Shown: one piece after another, positions 22,777 to 33,798 of the stretch | Position numbering within the stretch: the stretch's first letter is position 1 | How the letters are laid out: every line of letters starts with the position of its first letter | Source of the DNA: Azolla caroliniana | Taxonomy: Eukaryota; Plantae; Polypodiophyta | Direction of reading: 5' to 3' | Assembly: GCA_043228905.1 (NCBI GenBank) | Contig: JBHGNT010000004.1 | Coordinates: 13,516,001 to 13,580,000 of the forward strand | DNA length: 64,000 nt | The notes under the pieces: model-generated | Seen by the model: the letters and a program-made list of their open reading frames with translations, nothing else | Databases searched by the model: none | What the model was told of the DNA's origin: nothing | Program-made: the position numbers and the translations under genes

Positions 22777-22812
22777 ATGCGCGATCCTTCCACTTGTGAA
22801 CGCGAACGTGTT
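22777..22812 (+). repeat. Terminal inverted repeat (arm B)
   Basis: 32/36 identical to 9504-9539. Confidence 0.85.
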
Positions 22813-23040
22813 TACTAATTTAATTATTGTAGTAGATATGTATCGGTTCGTTGACCAATTCATTGAAGTCCTTGAGTAGCCGCTTCAATCAAATGGATTC
22901 GCAAGTGGGTATAACCGTGTCTTTGTATTTGGCTTTGGTGCTCAACAGTACAACTATCGGTTGCTCTTTCTACTCTACGATATTGCTCCGCTTTGGAGTG
23001 AGAAGACGTTGACAGTTGATCAAATATATTGTCAGCCCAA
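22813..23040 (-). mobile_element. Copia RNase H 5' half (partner of 9540 onward)
   Basis: Minus strand reads LKRLLKDFNELVNEPIHIYYNN*IS up to the terminus. Confidence 0.8.
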
Positions 23041-23514
23041 TGATTTCCCGATATGGAGTCGACTCATGGTGTGCTGGAGTTTGCATGCAATTTCAATTTG
23101 CGGTTTGCGGTCGAGGGGAGTCAAATTTGGCTTGTAGTGTCGAATAGGGGCGTATAATGGACATATTCACACTGTCCCATTTGGACAGACTAGGTTTAGG
23201 AAAATTTTGTAAATATAGCAAAGGGTAGTTGCCCTAATTGAGTTCATATATAAACTAAACTTGTAATCTAGTTTGGGTAGAATGTTAGTGTCATTCTTGT
23301 ATCATAACTCAAGTTTGAATAATACAGTTACCTATGTTGTGCCGATCTCTGTCTTCTTCACTTTGTCTTTGATCTTGCTGATGTTTAAATTGTCTATACA
23401 AAAATCTTCTGTTCACCTTGATCTCATTCCCTTGAAGACTCAAGATTTCTATCGTATAGATAAAAATTTCTTGATCGACAACTTACAAGCTCACAATCGA
23501 TAAAACATACATTT

Positions 23515-23790
23515 GAGCTTACAAGGATTCGAACCCACAACCTCTTTGTATACATGTCAAACCTTTAACCATTATGATAACATATACAATATATAATTAT
23601 ATTATTAGTTATATATTTAGCATATTCTAAAACATTCTAGAATATACCATCAAAATTCATTCAGTTCAACACTAGTCTTTAGCCCCTTAGCCTACTTTTT
23701 TAAACTCTTGTTCTCTTATTAAAATATAAACTCATTTGCATTTCCAATCTTCTCTCTGTCTCTTTCTCTGTCTCTCTCTCTTTCATAAAT
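23515..23790 (+). repeat. Degenerate chromovirus-type LTR fragment with antisense tRNA-like head
   Basis: GGATTCGAACCCACAACC...TTAACCATT, CATTCTAGAA and GTTCAACACTAGTC blocks are shared with the 62021 LTR. Confidence 0.5.
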
Positions 23791-23799
23791 AAGGGCTTT

Positions 23800-25825
23800 C
23801 ATTACGAAACAAAAAACATCACCATGACTAACTTACTACAAAGTATGGAGCCCTTCTATCTAGGGATTTAAAGAATACTATGACACCAAACTCAATGCCA
23901 CCCTACACACTAATTCAAATGGCGAGTATGATGATATGTGACCTTGCAGAGTTCTCTCTCTTCCTAGTTGAGATTTCGTGACTTCTCTAGCATTGTCAAT
24001 TGCCACAAAAGAAGTCCTTTTAACTTTAGAACATATTTTCTCACCCCAACTTGCGAATAAAAAATGAAAGCATTCCGCATATTCCAATTGAACCATAGCC
24101 CCCAATACTTCAAGAACTCAAAAATAATTTGAAAATGAGGCATCAGTTCATTATTCTCCATATGTGCAAAAACCCAATTGAAGGAAGATAGATTTACTCC
24201 TGTTAGAGACATCCACACTAAACTGATACACCTCCAAACCATCCTTGCCATCAGGCATGAAATAAATCGATGCCTACTATGTTCCAATTCCACCGAACAA
24301 AAGAAACACAATCCTTTAGTAATGTTTCTTTTTCTTAATGCATCCCCTAATGGTAAAGCTCCAACCATAACTCTCCAAATAAATACCTTGGCTCGTAGCA
24401 TCAATTGAGAACACCTGCCTTGATCACATGAAACCACTAAGTAATGGGCTTATGAAAACCCCATATCTTTATAACCCTTTCTTCAAACCACTTATGTTTG
24501 TCAATCAACTTGTGATAAGTAACATTCGTTGAGATCATAGTCAATCTCTTATTTCCAACAAACCTCCAATCAAGCTCTTTTGATCGCCCATCTAAATCAG
24601 GAATTGGCTAATGCGAAGATAGTATTTGTTGCAACTTATCCCAAATAAAGTTATAACCTTTTGGAATACAAAATGTTGATCTTATTGTTCGAAAAGCCAT
24701 TAATCTTCTTTGTGAAACCAACATAACATCCTTAACTGTTACCAAACCCAATCTAGCCATCCGATTAAATTGAAGGTTAAGAACTTGTTTACCTTCCCAC
24801 CTCAACAACCTTGATGTTGCCAAAACCTCCATTTGTAATGAATTGGCAGATCCCCTTTCTTGTAGGGGATGCCATTCCACAAAATCCAACATACTTTGCC
24901 ATAATGTCAACAAATACTTAACTATCATAGACCCTGTACGTTTGACATCCCTGTCAAAATTAATTACATTCCACCAATTCACATTAACCTTCATGTTTCC
25001 AAGATTTATTCTGTTCTTCTCCATAAAGTATGGAGAAGAACAGAATAAATCTTGTGGTAAGGTTAGAGGAAAATGGTAATTATCAATTAGCACCATTTCT
25101 ATCCAAGGTTGTACACCTTCAAACATGAATGGAATGAAAGTAAATCGATGAGCCACCATATGCTCATATAGTTTCAATATACAAACATGATCCCATGCCA
25201 ACCATGACAAGGCACTTTTCCCTTTTCTTTTCCATAACAACATTCGCATCAAGTGTGACAACATTTCAAGAGCTTTATTTGACCATGGGATCAAAGGAAG
25301 ATAATAAGATACCATAGAAACCATAATCGATTGGACCACCTTAAGTCGTACATGAAAAGGCCAAAACTGAGACCTCCAATACATAAACTTATCCTCCACC
25401 CTTTTGGATACCCACTCAATAAGTTTCACATGAGAGACTTCCACCCCAATTGGATATCCAAGGTGATGACAAATCATACCACAATGCACTATCCTTCCTG
25501 ACCACCCAAACCCTAACACATTTTGTTCTGTACATGAAATGAGGATAGATTTATGTATATTATTTCTCAACCCTCAAGCATTTGAAAACAATTCCCACAC
25601 ATCTCTTGTCTTACTAATATTTTCCCGATTAGGTGCCAAAAACATAATATGATCATCTGCGATAGCTTGAACAATACGTGGCTTCCATGATGGCACTTAG
25701 TCCAAGCAATTCTTCCTCCATATCCATATTGTGTAACTTAACAAGAATAGGATGTGTCACAATAGTGAATAGTAAAGGACTTACTGGGCATCCTTGTCTA
25801 ACTGACCTTCGAATAGAAATCAGTT
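23800..25825 (-). mobile_element. L1-type LINE ORF2 3' part (RT C-terminus, zf-RVT), decayed
   Basis: RSVRQGCPVSPLLF, HLGYPIG and KVFIWR...CFFCSVELEHSRHRFISC motifs. Collinear with 33048-33798. Confidence 0.85.
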
Positions 25826-25972
25826 GTACCGGACCTTGTGGACCTTTCCGAATGAACAAGGAATAGTCGAACTTTCAGACCGCAAACCCCATCTTGTGCA
25901 AACATTGCGTGATTTTTGAGTCCCAAGCACATGGAGCTTGCTTGAGGCCGTAAAGTGACCTCCTTAACCGGC

Positions 25973-28900
25973 TATTAAGAATTAGGTAAGTAATTAAGCA
26001 AGGGTTAATTAGTACCTAATTATGTGATTAAGTTAAGCGGAAGATTAAGTGATATGTGTGTGTATGTGTGTGAGAGGAAGAGAGAGAGGAAAATACACTT
26101 ATGAGCAAAACAAGATGGGGGATAATTAACTCTATATTAAATTAGCATTATCATCATCAAATACAAAAATACCTACAATGAGGTATATATAGATCTCATG
26201 TGCAAGGGTGCACATGTGTGAGGATAATATCGGTACAAAAGTGTAAGTCCTATATTAAATGTAGTTAGGAGTGGAGGATCTAGAATATCCCGCTTAAGTA
26301 CAAGGTCCTATTTAAGGCGTTATAGTCAACACTTCTAACTAGATTCTATCTAGATAACTACGAAGTTACATGGTTGACTAACTAACTAAACTAAGTTGAG
26401 CTTGATCTCTCAACACGCCCCCTCAAGCTCAAGTGTAGGGCGTCCGACATCCGCTTTGGCTTTCGTCGGCTTCGTGTGCTTCCGGCCTTCGGCTTTCTTT
26501 GCCGTGGCAATCTCGGTTCCTCCCCCTCAAGCCGGTGATGAAAGCTTGTAGTGTGTGGGCGAAGATCGACTACTTCCACCCATCGTGGATTACGAACCGC
26601 TTCGGTGGAGCTCTTGGGCTCTTGTTTGGCCGCTGCCTTCATTGCGAAGGCATAGTGATGGGCCATGTACTCGTTGTAGCCGAGCCGAGTGATGGGGTTC
26701 TTACCTCTAGATGAGCGTCAAAGTTTTTTGCTCTCCAATGTGAGCGTGTTCTTTGCTTTGGGTGTCCGCATGATGGGTACACCAAACTCACTGTCTAGTG
26801 AGCGAGCCGACGCATCCGAATCACTGTCATCGGGGTGGTCAACTTCGTATTCGGGCATCTTACCTTTGCCTTTGTCCAAGGTCGTACTTGGTTGCGACGT
26901 GCTTGGGTCGCCTAGGGGCTCTTGTGGACCACTAGGCCTTGTCGTAATCGGACTTTCTTCGAACATGTGTTCGAAGCAATCTCCATCTTCTACCTCTTGT
27001 TCGACGGATTCCGGGTCGAGCGGAGTCGGAGTCGAAGTTGTCTATAGTGTGTACCAAGATGGGGACTCGTCGAAGACTATGTCTCAACTTACCCGAACCG
27101 CTCGGGTAGAAGGGTTGTAGCACTTGTATGCCTTCTTCTTGGACGAGTATCCTATGAGGATACATTCCTTTGACTTTGCGTCGGGCTTTTGTCGTTGTTC
27201 GTTCGGGATGCGTACATTCGCAATGCTTCCGAACACCTTGAGGTGCGACAGGATCGACTTCCTTTCGACGAGGAGCTCGTATGGAGTTAGCTCATGCACT
27301 CCATTAGTGGTGCACCGGTTCATGAGATAGACGGCTGTGGAAGCCGCGTCGGCCCAATAGAAATTCGGCATGTGCTTCTCATGCATCATGGCGCGTGCTA
27401 CCTCGAGTATTTGGCGATTCTTCCTTTCGGCTACTCCATTTTGTTGGGGTGTGTGTTGGCACGAGAATTCTCTCCGAATGCCTTCACTTTGGAGGTAGGA
27501 GGTGAATTCATCAGAGAGGTACTCCTTTGGTCCGTCCAATCGTAGGCATTGAATGTGCCGACCGGTTTCTTTTTCGACTTGGCCCTTGAGCTTTTGGAAG
27601 TGGGAGAACACTTTGCTCTTCTTCTTCATCGGCAAGATCCATGCATAGCGCGAGTGGTCGTTGATGAAGGTGACATAGACTCAACATCCGTCGATCGTCA
27701 GCGTTTGAGCCGGTCCCCATATATCCGAATGTATGACGTCAAGGAGGCCTTTGCTCGCATAACTCTCCTTTGGGAATGGGAGTCGATGTTGTTTGCCAAG
27801 TTGGCATGTTTCGCATACTTGGTCGACTTGTTTTGACTCGAATGCCGGAAGTCTGATGACGACTCCCTTTGATTGCATTGCTCGAAGCCATTGGAGGTTT
27901 ATGTGGCCGATTCTTTTGTGCCATGACTCGATGCTTGTCTCGGTTTTGAGACCTTTGGCATACATTTCCGATTTCACCTTGTCCGAATTGAGGATGAACA
28001 TTTGACCGTCTCTCCGTCCCTTGGCTATGAGTCAACCATCTTTCTCGATGAAACAACCTTCGTTGTTGAAGCGGACTTCCATGCCTTGCTCCATGATTTG
28101 GCCGACCGAGACCAAATTCTTTGTTATTGTGGGCACATACAAGACATTCTTGATGCAAGTTTGCTCACCTTCTTTCCCGAATGGGACATTGCCGATGTGC
28201 CGAATGGGATGTGTGTTGTCGTCTCCCGTCTCTATGAAGCCGGGTCGGTCCAGAATTTGTAAGTCACGAAACCACTCTTGTGTGACGTCATATGATGTGA
28301 GGCGCCTGAATCGACAAACCACACGTCTTCCGAGTTGGAGGTGCTTGCGAAGTCGGAGGCCAACATAGAGTTCGCGCTATGCCTAATTACGAATAGTCTG
28401 CCGTAGTCGTTGTATTCAGAGTTGGCGGCGTAATTCATGAGTTGTCGATTTGTCGAAGCTGACTCACTTCTTCTTTTTTGGCACTCCTTCTCGCGATGGC
28501 CGATTTTTCCGTAATAGTTGCAAGTTGTGGGCGTCATTTGCCGACCTTGTTCGGCATTGAGGTTCCCCTTTCTTCCGAAGGTTCCTTGATGGCTTCTGTC
28601 CTGTTGTCGAAGGTAACTTTGAGTTCCCTTCGTGTGATGGCTCGAATCGACCTCTTCTACCGCTGTGACCTCGTCGTCGATCATCGTCCAAACTTGAGAA
28701 GAACATTTGTCCTTCGGACGTCTTCATCTTGGTTCGGACATGGTTCTCTTCGACCAATAACATTGATTGGAGGTCGAAGAACGAAGGAGGGTTTTCCCTC
28801 GCCAAGATCGCCGTCCTCAACAAATCGAATCGTTGTGCGAGGCCGCCCAAGCATACTTGAACCATCTCATCTTCGTCGACATTTATTTTGATGGAGCCAA

Positions 28901-30212
28901 GTGAATCACAAATGCTCTTGATCTTGGTGTAGTCTGACACGGACAATGTCTTTTTGTCAAATGTTGTTCAACTCTTGTCGGAGTTGAAGCTTTCGGGCAG
29001 TCGTATTGGCGGCGAATATTTTCTTTAATTTCTCCCACGTCTCTTTGGGCATCTTGACGTCTCGAATGTGGCTAGGCATGTGGTCGTGGACACATATTGC
29101 CAAGCAGTACATGACTCGACTCATCGCTTGCTCCCATGTTGCGTAGTCGGCGTTCTTTGAGTCAGGTCGATTTTCTTGAGCACCATTGATGTAGCTCCAA
29201 ATACCCTTGTCCGACGAGGTATTGAGTCATCTTGTACTCCCAAGATGAATAATTGCTCTGGTCTAGCTTTTCACTTGGAAGCGAGCTACCCATTTATGTG
29301 TTCATGTTGATTGTAGTGTCTTCTGTTTTGCTTTTCTTCCTTCGATCATGTACTCGTGCTACGTAGCGGCACTATGGTAGTGGATAGTCAGAATTTTTTG
29401 TCGGCGTTTCGAAAGCACAATTATGAAGAGGCGGATGGGCTTAGTGGATGTGCTAAACCACACACTCTGATACCATGTTAATAATTAGGTAAGGAATTAA
29501 GCAAGGGTGAATTAGTACCTAATTATGTGATTAAGTTAAGCGGAAGATTAAGTGATATGTGTGTGTATGTGTGTGAGAGGAAGAGAGAAAGAAAGAAAGA
29601 AAAATATATTAATGTCTTCTAAGGCCAAAATTGTGGCCCATGAGACAATTGGTTTACAACAAAATGAGTATTTATCCAATCATCATAACTAAAATAAAAT
29701 AAAGTAGTGTTCTAGTAGTGTACAATACGTGGTATACTCAATAAAGGAAGTGACTTTACACTAAGCCTAATTTTATTTCCACCCAAGCCTCTCGAAAAGA
29801 AGTGGGGGGGTCAAAGGGTTTTGATGTGGGTGTAACCCGTGGTTCCAATGTAGAGAGTGCCCTAGCCATGGCTTCTAGGTGGTGTAGCTACACTTATGAG
29901 CAACACGAGATGGGGGATGATTAACTCTATATTAAATTAGGATTATCATCATCAAATACAAAAATACCTACAATGAGGTATATATAGATCTCATGTGCAA
30001 GGGTGCACATGTGTGAGGATAATATAGGTACAAAAGTGTAAGTCCTATATTAAATGTACTTAGGAGTGAAGGATCTAGAATATCCCACTTAAGTACAAGG
30101 TCCTATTTAAGGCGTTATATAGTCAACACTTCTAACTAGATTCTATCTCAGTAATTACGAAGTTACATTGTTGACTAACTAACTAAACTAAGTTGAGCTT
30201 GATCTCTCAACA
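25973..30212 (-). mobile_element. Copia with both LTRs but RT/RNase H deleted
   Basis: LTRs 25973-26416 and 29476-30212, PBS TGGTATCAGAG (29465-29475), PPT, and TSD CCGGC/TCGGC. gag, PR (WFVDSGAS) and INT (PQQNGVAERKN) are present. Confidence 0.9.
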
Positions 30213-32191
30213 TCGGCAAATTGCTGACATGTTCATCTCTGATTGAAATCCATGGGGTTGGACCATAAATACATGTTCTTCAAGATCCCCTTAAAGAAAT
30301 GCATTCTTGACATCCATTTGATGGAGATGCCACCCCCTTGTTGTTGCTACCGCTAGCACCACACTGACTATCATCATCTTCGATGCAGGCGCAAAGCCTT
30401 GTACCGGTTGACGGAGCCGTCAACATTATATTTGATCTTGTACACCCACCTACATCTGATCGGCTTTACACCCTTCGGGGCATCAACGAGGTCCCAAGTC
30501 TTATCGACAATTAGTGCCTGAATTTCTTTGTCCCTTGTCGGACTCACTCCGATCCGATGTGCCTTCACGATCACCGTGCTCCAACATCTTCTTCTTCCCT
30601 TCATGATCATCGTGTCCTTGGCTTCCACCATGGGGATTGCACGGCCAATTCCCCATTGTTCACCAGCATGTGAATCGGCTGACAGTCCAACTCTTCATTT
30701 GGCTCACTTAGCTGGAAGGAGATCGAACTCTCTTCCAAAGTGTTGATTTCTTCCTCTTCCCCCAGAATCATCTTGGCTTCACTGGCCTTATCCTCCTCAA
30801 TCAGCACAGAGTCTTTGGGGTTTAGAGATGGAAGGGAATACCAAGACGCTTATTCATCAAAGATGACGTTGTGCTTCACTCGCACTTGCTTCGTCTGGGG
30901 GTTGTAGTACTTGTAACCCTTTTGCTCATGCAAGTCGCCAACCAAGATGCACTTCTCTACCTTGGTGTCCAACTTCTTCCGCTTCTCATCTGGCACATGC
31001 ACACATGCAATGCTACCGAATATCCTTAGGTGTTTCACATTCGGCTTTCGCCTGAAGTATAACTCATGTGCCGACACCTTCTCTTCGTGTGTAGAGATCT
31101 GATTCTGTTTCCCTTTCCACTAGATTCTTCAAGTTCTGAAAACAATCAAAGATGTCACTCTTCTTCTCTATTAGGTAGATCCACGTGTGTCGGCTATAGT
31201 CATCGATGACGGAGACGAAATACCGACTCCCGCCAAGGCTCACATTCGGTGCCAGTCCCCATAGATCCGAATGAATCAGGTCGAGCTTGTTACAACTCCC
31301 ATTTTGCTCGTTGGGGAAAGGAAGTCGGTGCTACTTTCCTAGCTAACAAGCTTCACAAACTTGGGCCTTTTGGCCACTGAACTTCGGCAAGCCGAGCATA
31401 ACTTGTTTCACTTGCAATTCTTGAAGCCTTTGAAAATTGTCGTGGTCGATCCACTTATGCCACAAGTCGATATCTGATTTAACTTTTTGTCCCTTGGCAA
31501 ACATTGCGGTGCCGACGTCATTTGTCTTGAGGATGAACATCCTCCCTTCCAAGTGCTCTTGCGCGATGATCCGGCCTTCTTCTTTGATGAAACACCCAAG
31601 ATGAGTGAACTAGACCTGCATTTCTTGGTCGATGATTGGTCCAACTGACAATAGGTTCTTGGTGATTGTCGAGACATGCAGGACGCTCCTCAACCTCCCT
31701 TTCTAGGTAATATGGCTCAGGGGGATGTTACTGACATGCTCGATGGGATGTGAGGAATCGCCACCGGTTTCAATGACCCCCGGCTGTTCCGACTTCTCCA
31801 AATATAAGAACCATTCTTCGTGGCTCTTCATGTGATTCAATGCTCTGGAATCAACATACCACAGCTCGTTTGGTTTTGAGGTGCTGTCTTCATCGAGTTG
31901 GCCTTGTGCTTTATCACAAAAATTGGGCTCATTCTGGCTCCAGTTGAGCCTTCGCCGTAGTGTGATCACTGCCGATTTCCCTGTTCGTCCCTACTTGATC
32001 TAGCTTTGTCCGAATCGGCCTTCTACTTCCAACACTCCCTTTGTCTGTGGCCTTTCCGGCCGCAATACCAGTAGTCCATCGCGGCCTTCCCTTGTCAGTT
32101 TCCGCCGACGCCTTGACTCCCCCTACTCATGGAGGGTCCAGAACAATTGTCCGCATGTCGATTATGCCTTTGATTTTGCTCTTGTTAGCCG

Positions 32192-32930
32192 TGTTGGGAG
32201 ACAGGTCCCTCCGGATGGGAAGGGAGAAGAACAGTGCCGATGAACAAACTCGGTATGAGGAGTACCCGGCTACGGAGGGCCGGATGGTGCAGCCCCGATA
32301 TGAACCGGATGAGGAGTACCCGGCTACGGAGGGCCGGATGGTGTAGACCCGGTGAAGACCGGATGAGGAGTACCCGGCTACGGAGGGCTGGATGATGCAG
32401 ACCCGGTGAAGACCGGATGAGGAGTACCCGGCTACGGAGAGCCGGATGCTACAGACCCGGTGAGAACCGGATGAAGAGACATATTCATAAATATGTTTTT
32501 GAGAGTCCATCGAGACTATATTTGTAAATAGCCGAAAAGTCATATTAGTATAAATATGACTTAGGGCAAACTTTTAGTTGTTGTTGTCATTCTTGTTGGT
32601 GCAAGAATAGAGAGTGTGCGTAACTGTACAGAGAGAGACAAAGAGAGAGAAAGAGGTCGTTGCCTCTGTTGTAACCGCCGCCTGTGGCAAAGATCTGTGA
32701 GCACGAGGTCAGTGCCTCAGTGAACTCATTGTTGTACATTCCATCATAGTGATAGTTTGCAGCCTGTGGGCTGCCGTGGTTTTTCCCCTAGTTTGGGGTT
32801 TTCCACGTAAACCTCCTGTGTACCTCGTCTCTTCTTTGCGTCGTGTTCTATTTCCCGTTTTTTGTGTATCATTCTAAGCTCGGTTGTGGCCGAGCGTTGC
32901 GCATAAGGAACGTTGTAGTTCCCGTCAAGA
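32192..32930 (+). repeat. Solo LTR with a 54-bp tandem repeat (about 4 copies)
   Basis: Starts TGTTG with TSD AGCCG at 32187-32191 and 32931-32935. Repeat starts at 32307, 32361 and 32415. Same family as 60346-60925. Confidence 0.85.
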
Positions 32931-33047
32931 AGCCGCTACCATTGTGTGTTGATCCACCACGTTCTCCACAACCATAGGGCTTATCCACCTCTGTGTACAT
33001 CTGGTTGTTAGAATGTGTTCTCCTTGACGCACATGGGTCATTTTCTA

Positions 33048-33798
33048 TCAATTGATTTTAAATGACCAATCCACATTATCATCAGCTTTCTTGATATCCA
33101 TTTGTAGCAACACTAATTCTTGTTTAGAATCCTTTGCATAGTCAATTGCCATTTGAACATTTAAAATATTATGTAAAATGTCTCTTTTTGCTAAAAACCC
33201 ATATTGAGCATTATGAATAATAGAAGGTAAAACCTTATGCAACCTATTGGCCATCACTTTTGCAAAAATCTTGTACATTGCCCCCATCGATGAAATAGGC
33301 CTCCATTGAGAACAGGAAGATGGAGAACGCACCTTCGGCAAAAGCTTGATCAAACCAATCTTCCAAGAATGAGGCATTTCCCCTGATGTCCACACCTTCT
33401 AAAATAAAACCGTAAAAGGCCCCTTTAACTTAATCACATATTTCTTAAAGAGTTCATGAGTTAATCCATCCCATCTGAGACTCTTATCATTAGCAAGATG
33501 TGACATGACATGTTCCACCTCATCCTTTGAAAATATTAGCATCTACTGATTGTGCCAGATCATGCGATACATGATTTTCCACTACATTAAAAAATACATG
33601 TCTATCCTTTTTAACATGATCATCGATACACATTTGTACATCCAACAATTGTGTATAATATTCTATGCATTTCTTCACAATTTCTTGAGGATCGGAACAC
33701 ATGATACCATTTTCTCTAACCTTACCACATTATGTCGAGCATGTGATTCATGAAGGACAAGAAAAAACTTATGTGATTGACAATTAGCATCATAAGTT
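33048..33798 (-). mobile_element. L1-type LINE RT N-terminal fragment
   Basis: LIKLLPK..WRPIS..YKIFAKVMANRL..QYGF..DIKKADDNVDWSF. Confidence 0.85.

Larger units (their letters stand above)
17510..22812 (+). mobile_element. DNA transposon arm B (transposase arm)
   Basis: Contains the palindrome array, divergent promoter and transposase pseudogene. Ends in the shared 36-bp terminus followed by TACT (reverse complement of AGTA). Left boundary is approximate. Confidence 0.8.
25826..33047 (-). mobile_element. Older truncated copia (gag-PR-INT-RT) hosting two nested insertions
   Basis: RT reads through the nested element (…SAIC|RLRRSLYGLKQAP). INT, PR and gag remnants lie at 30213-32191 and 32931-33047. 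Confidence 0.75.
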
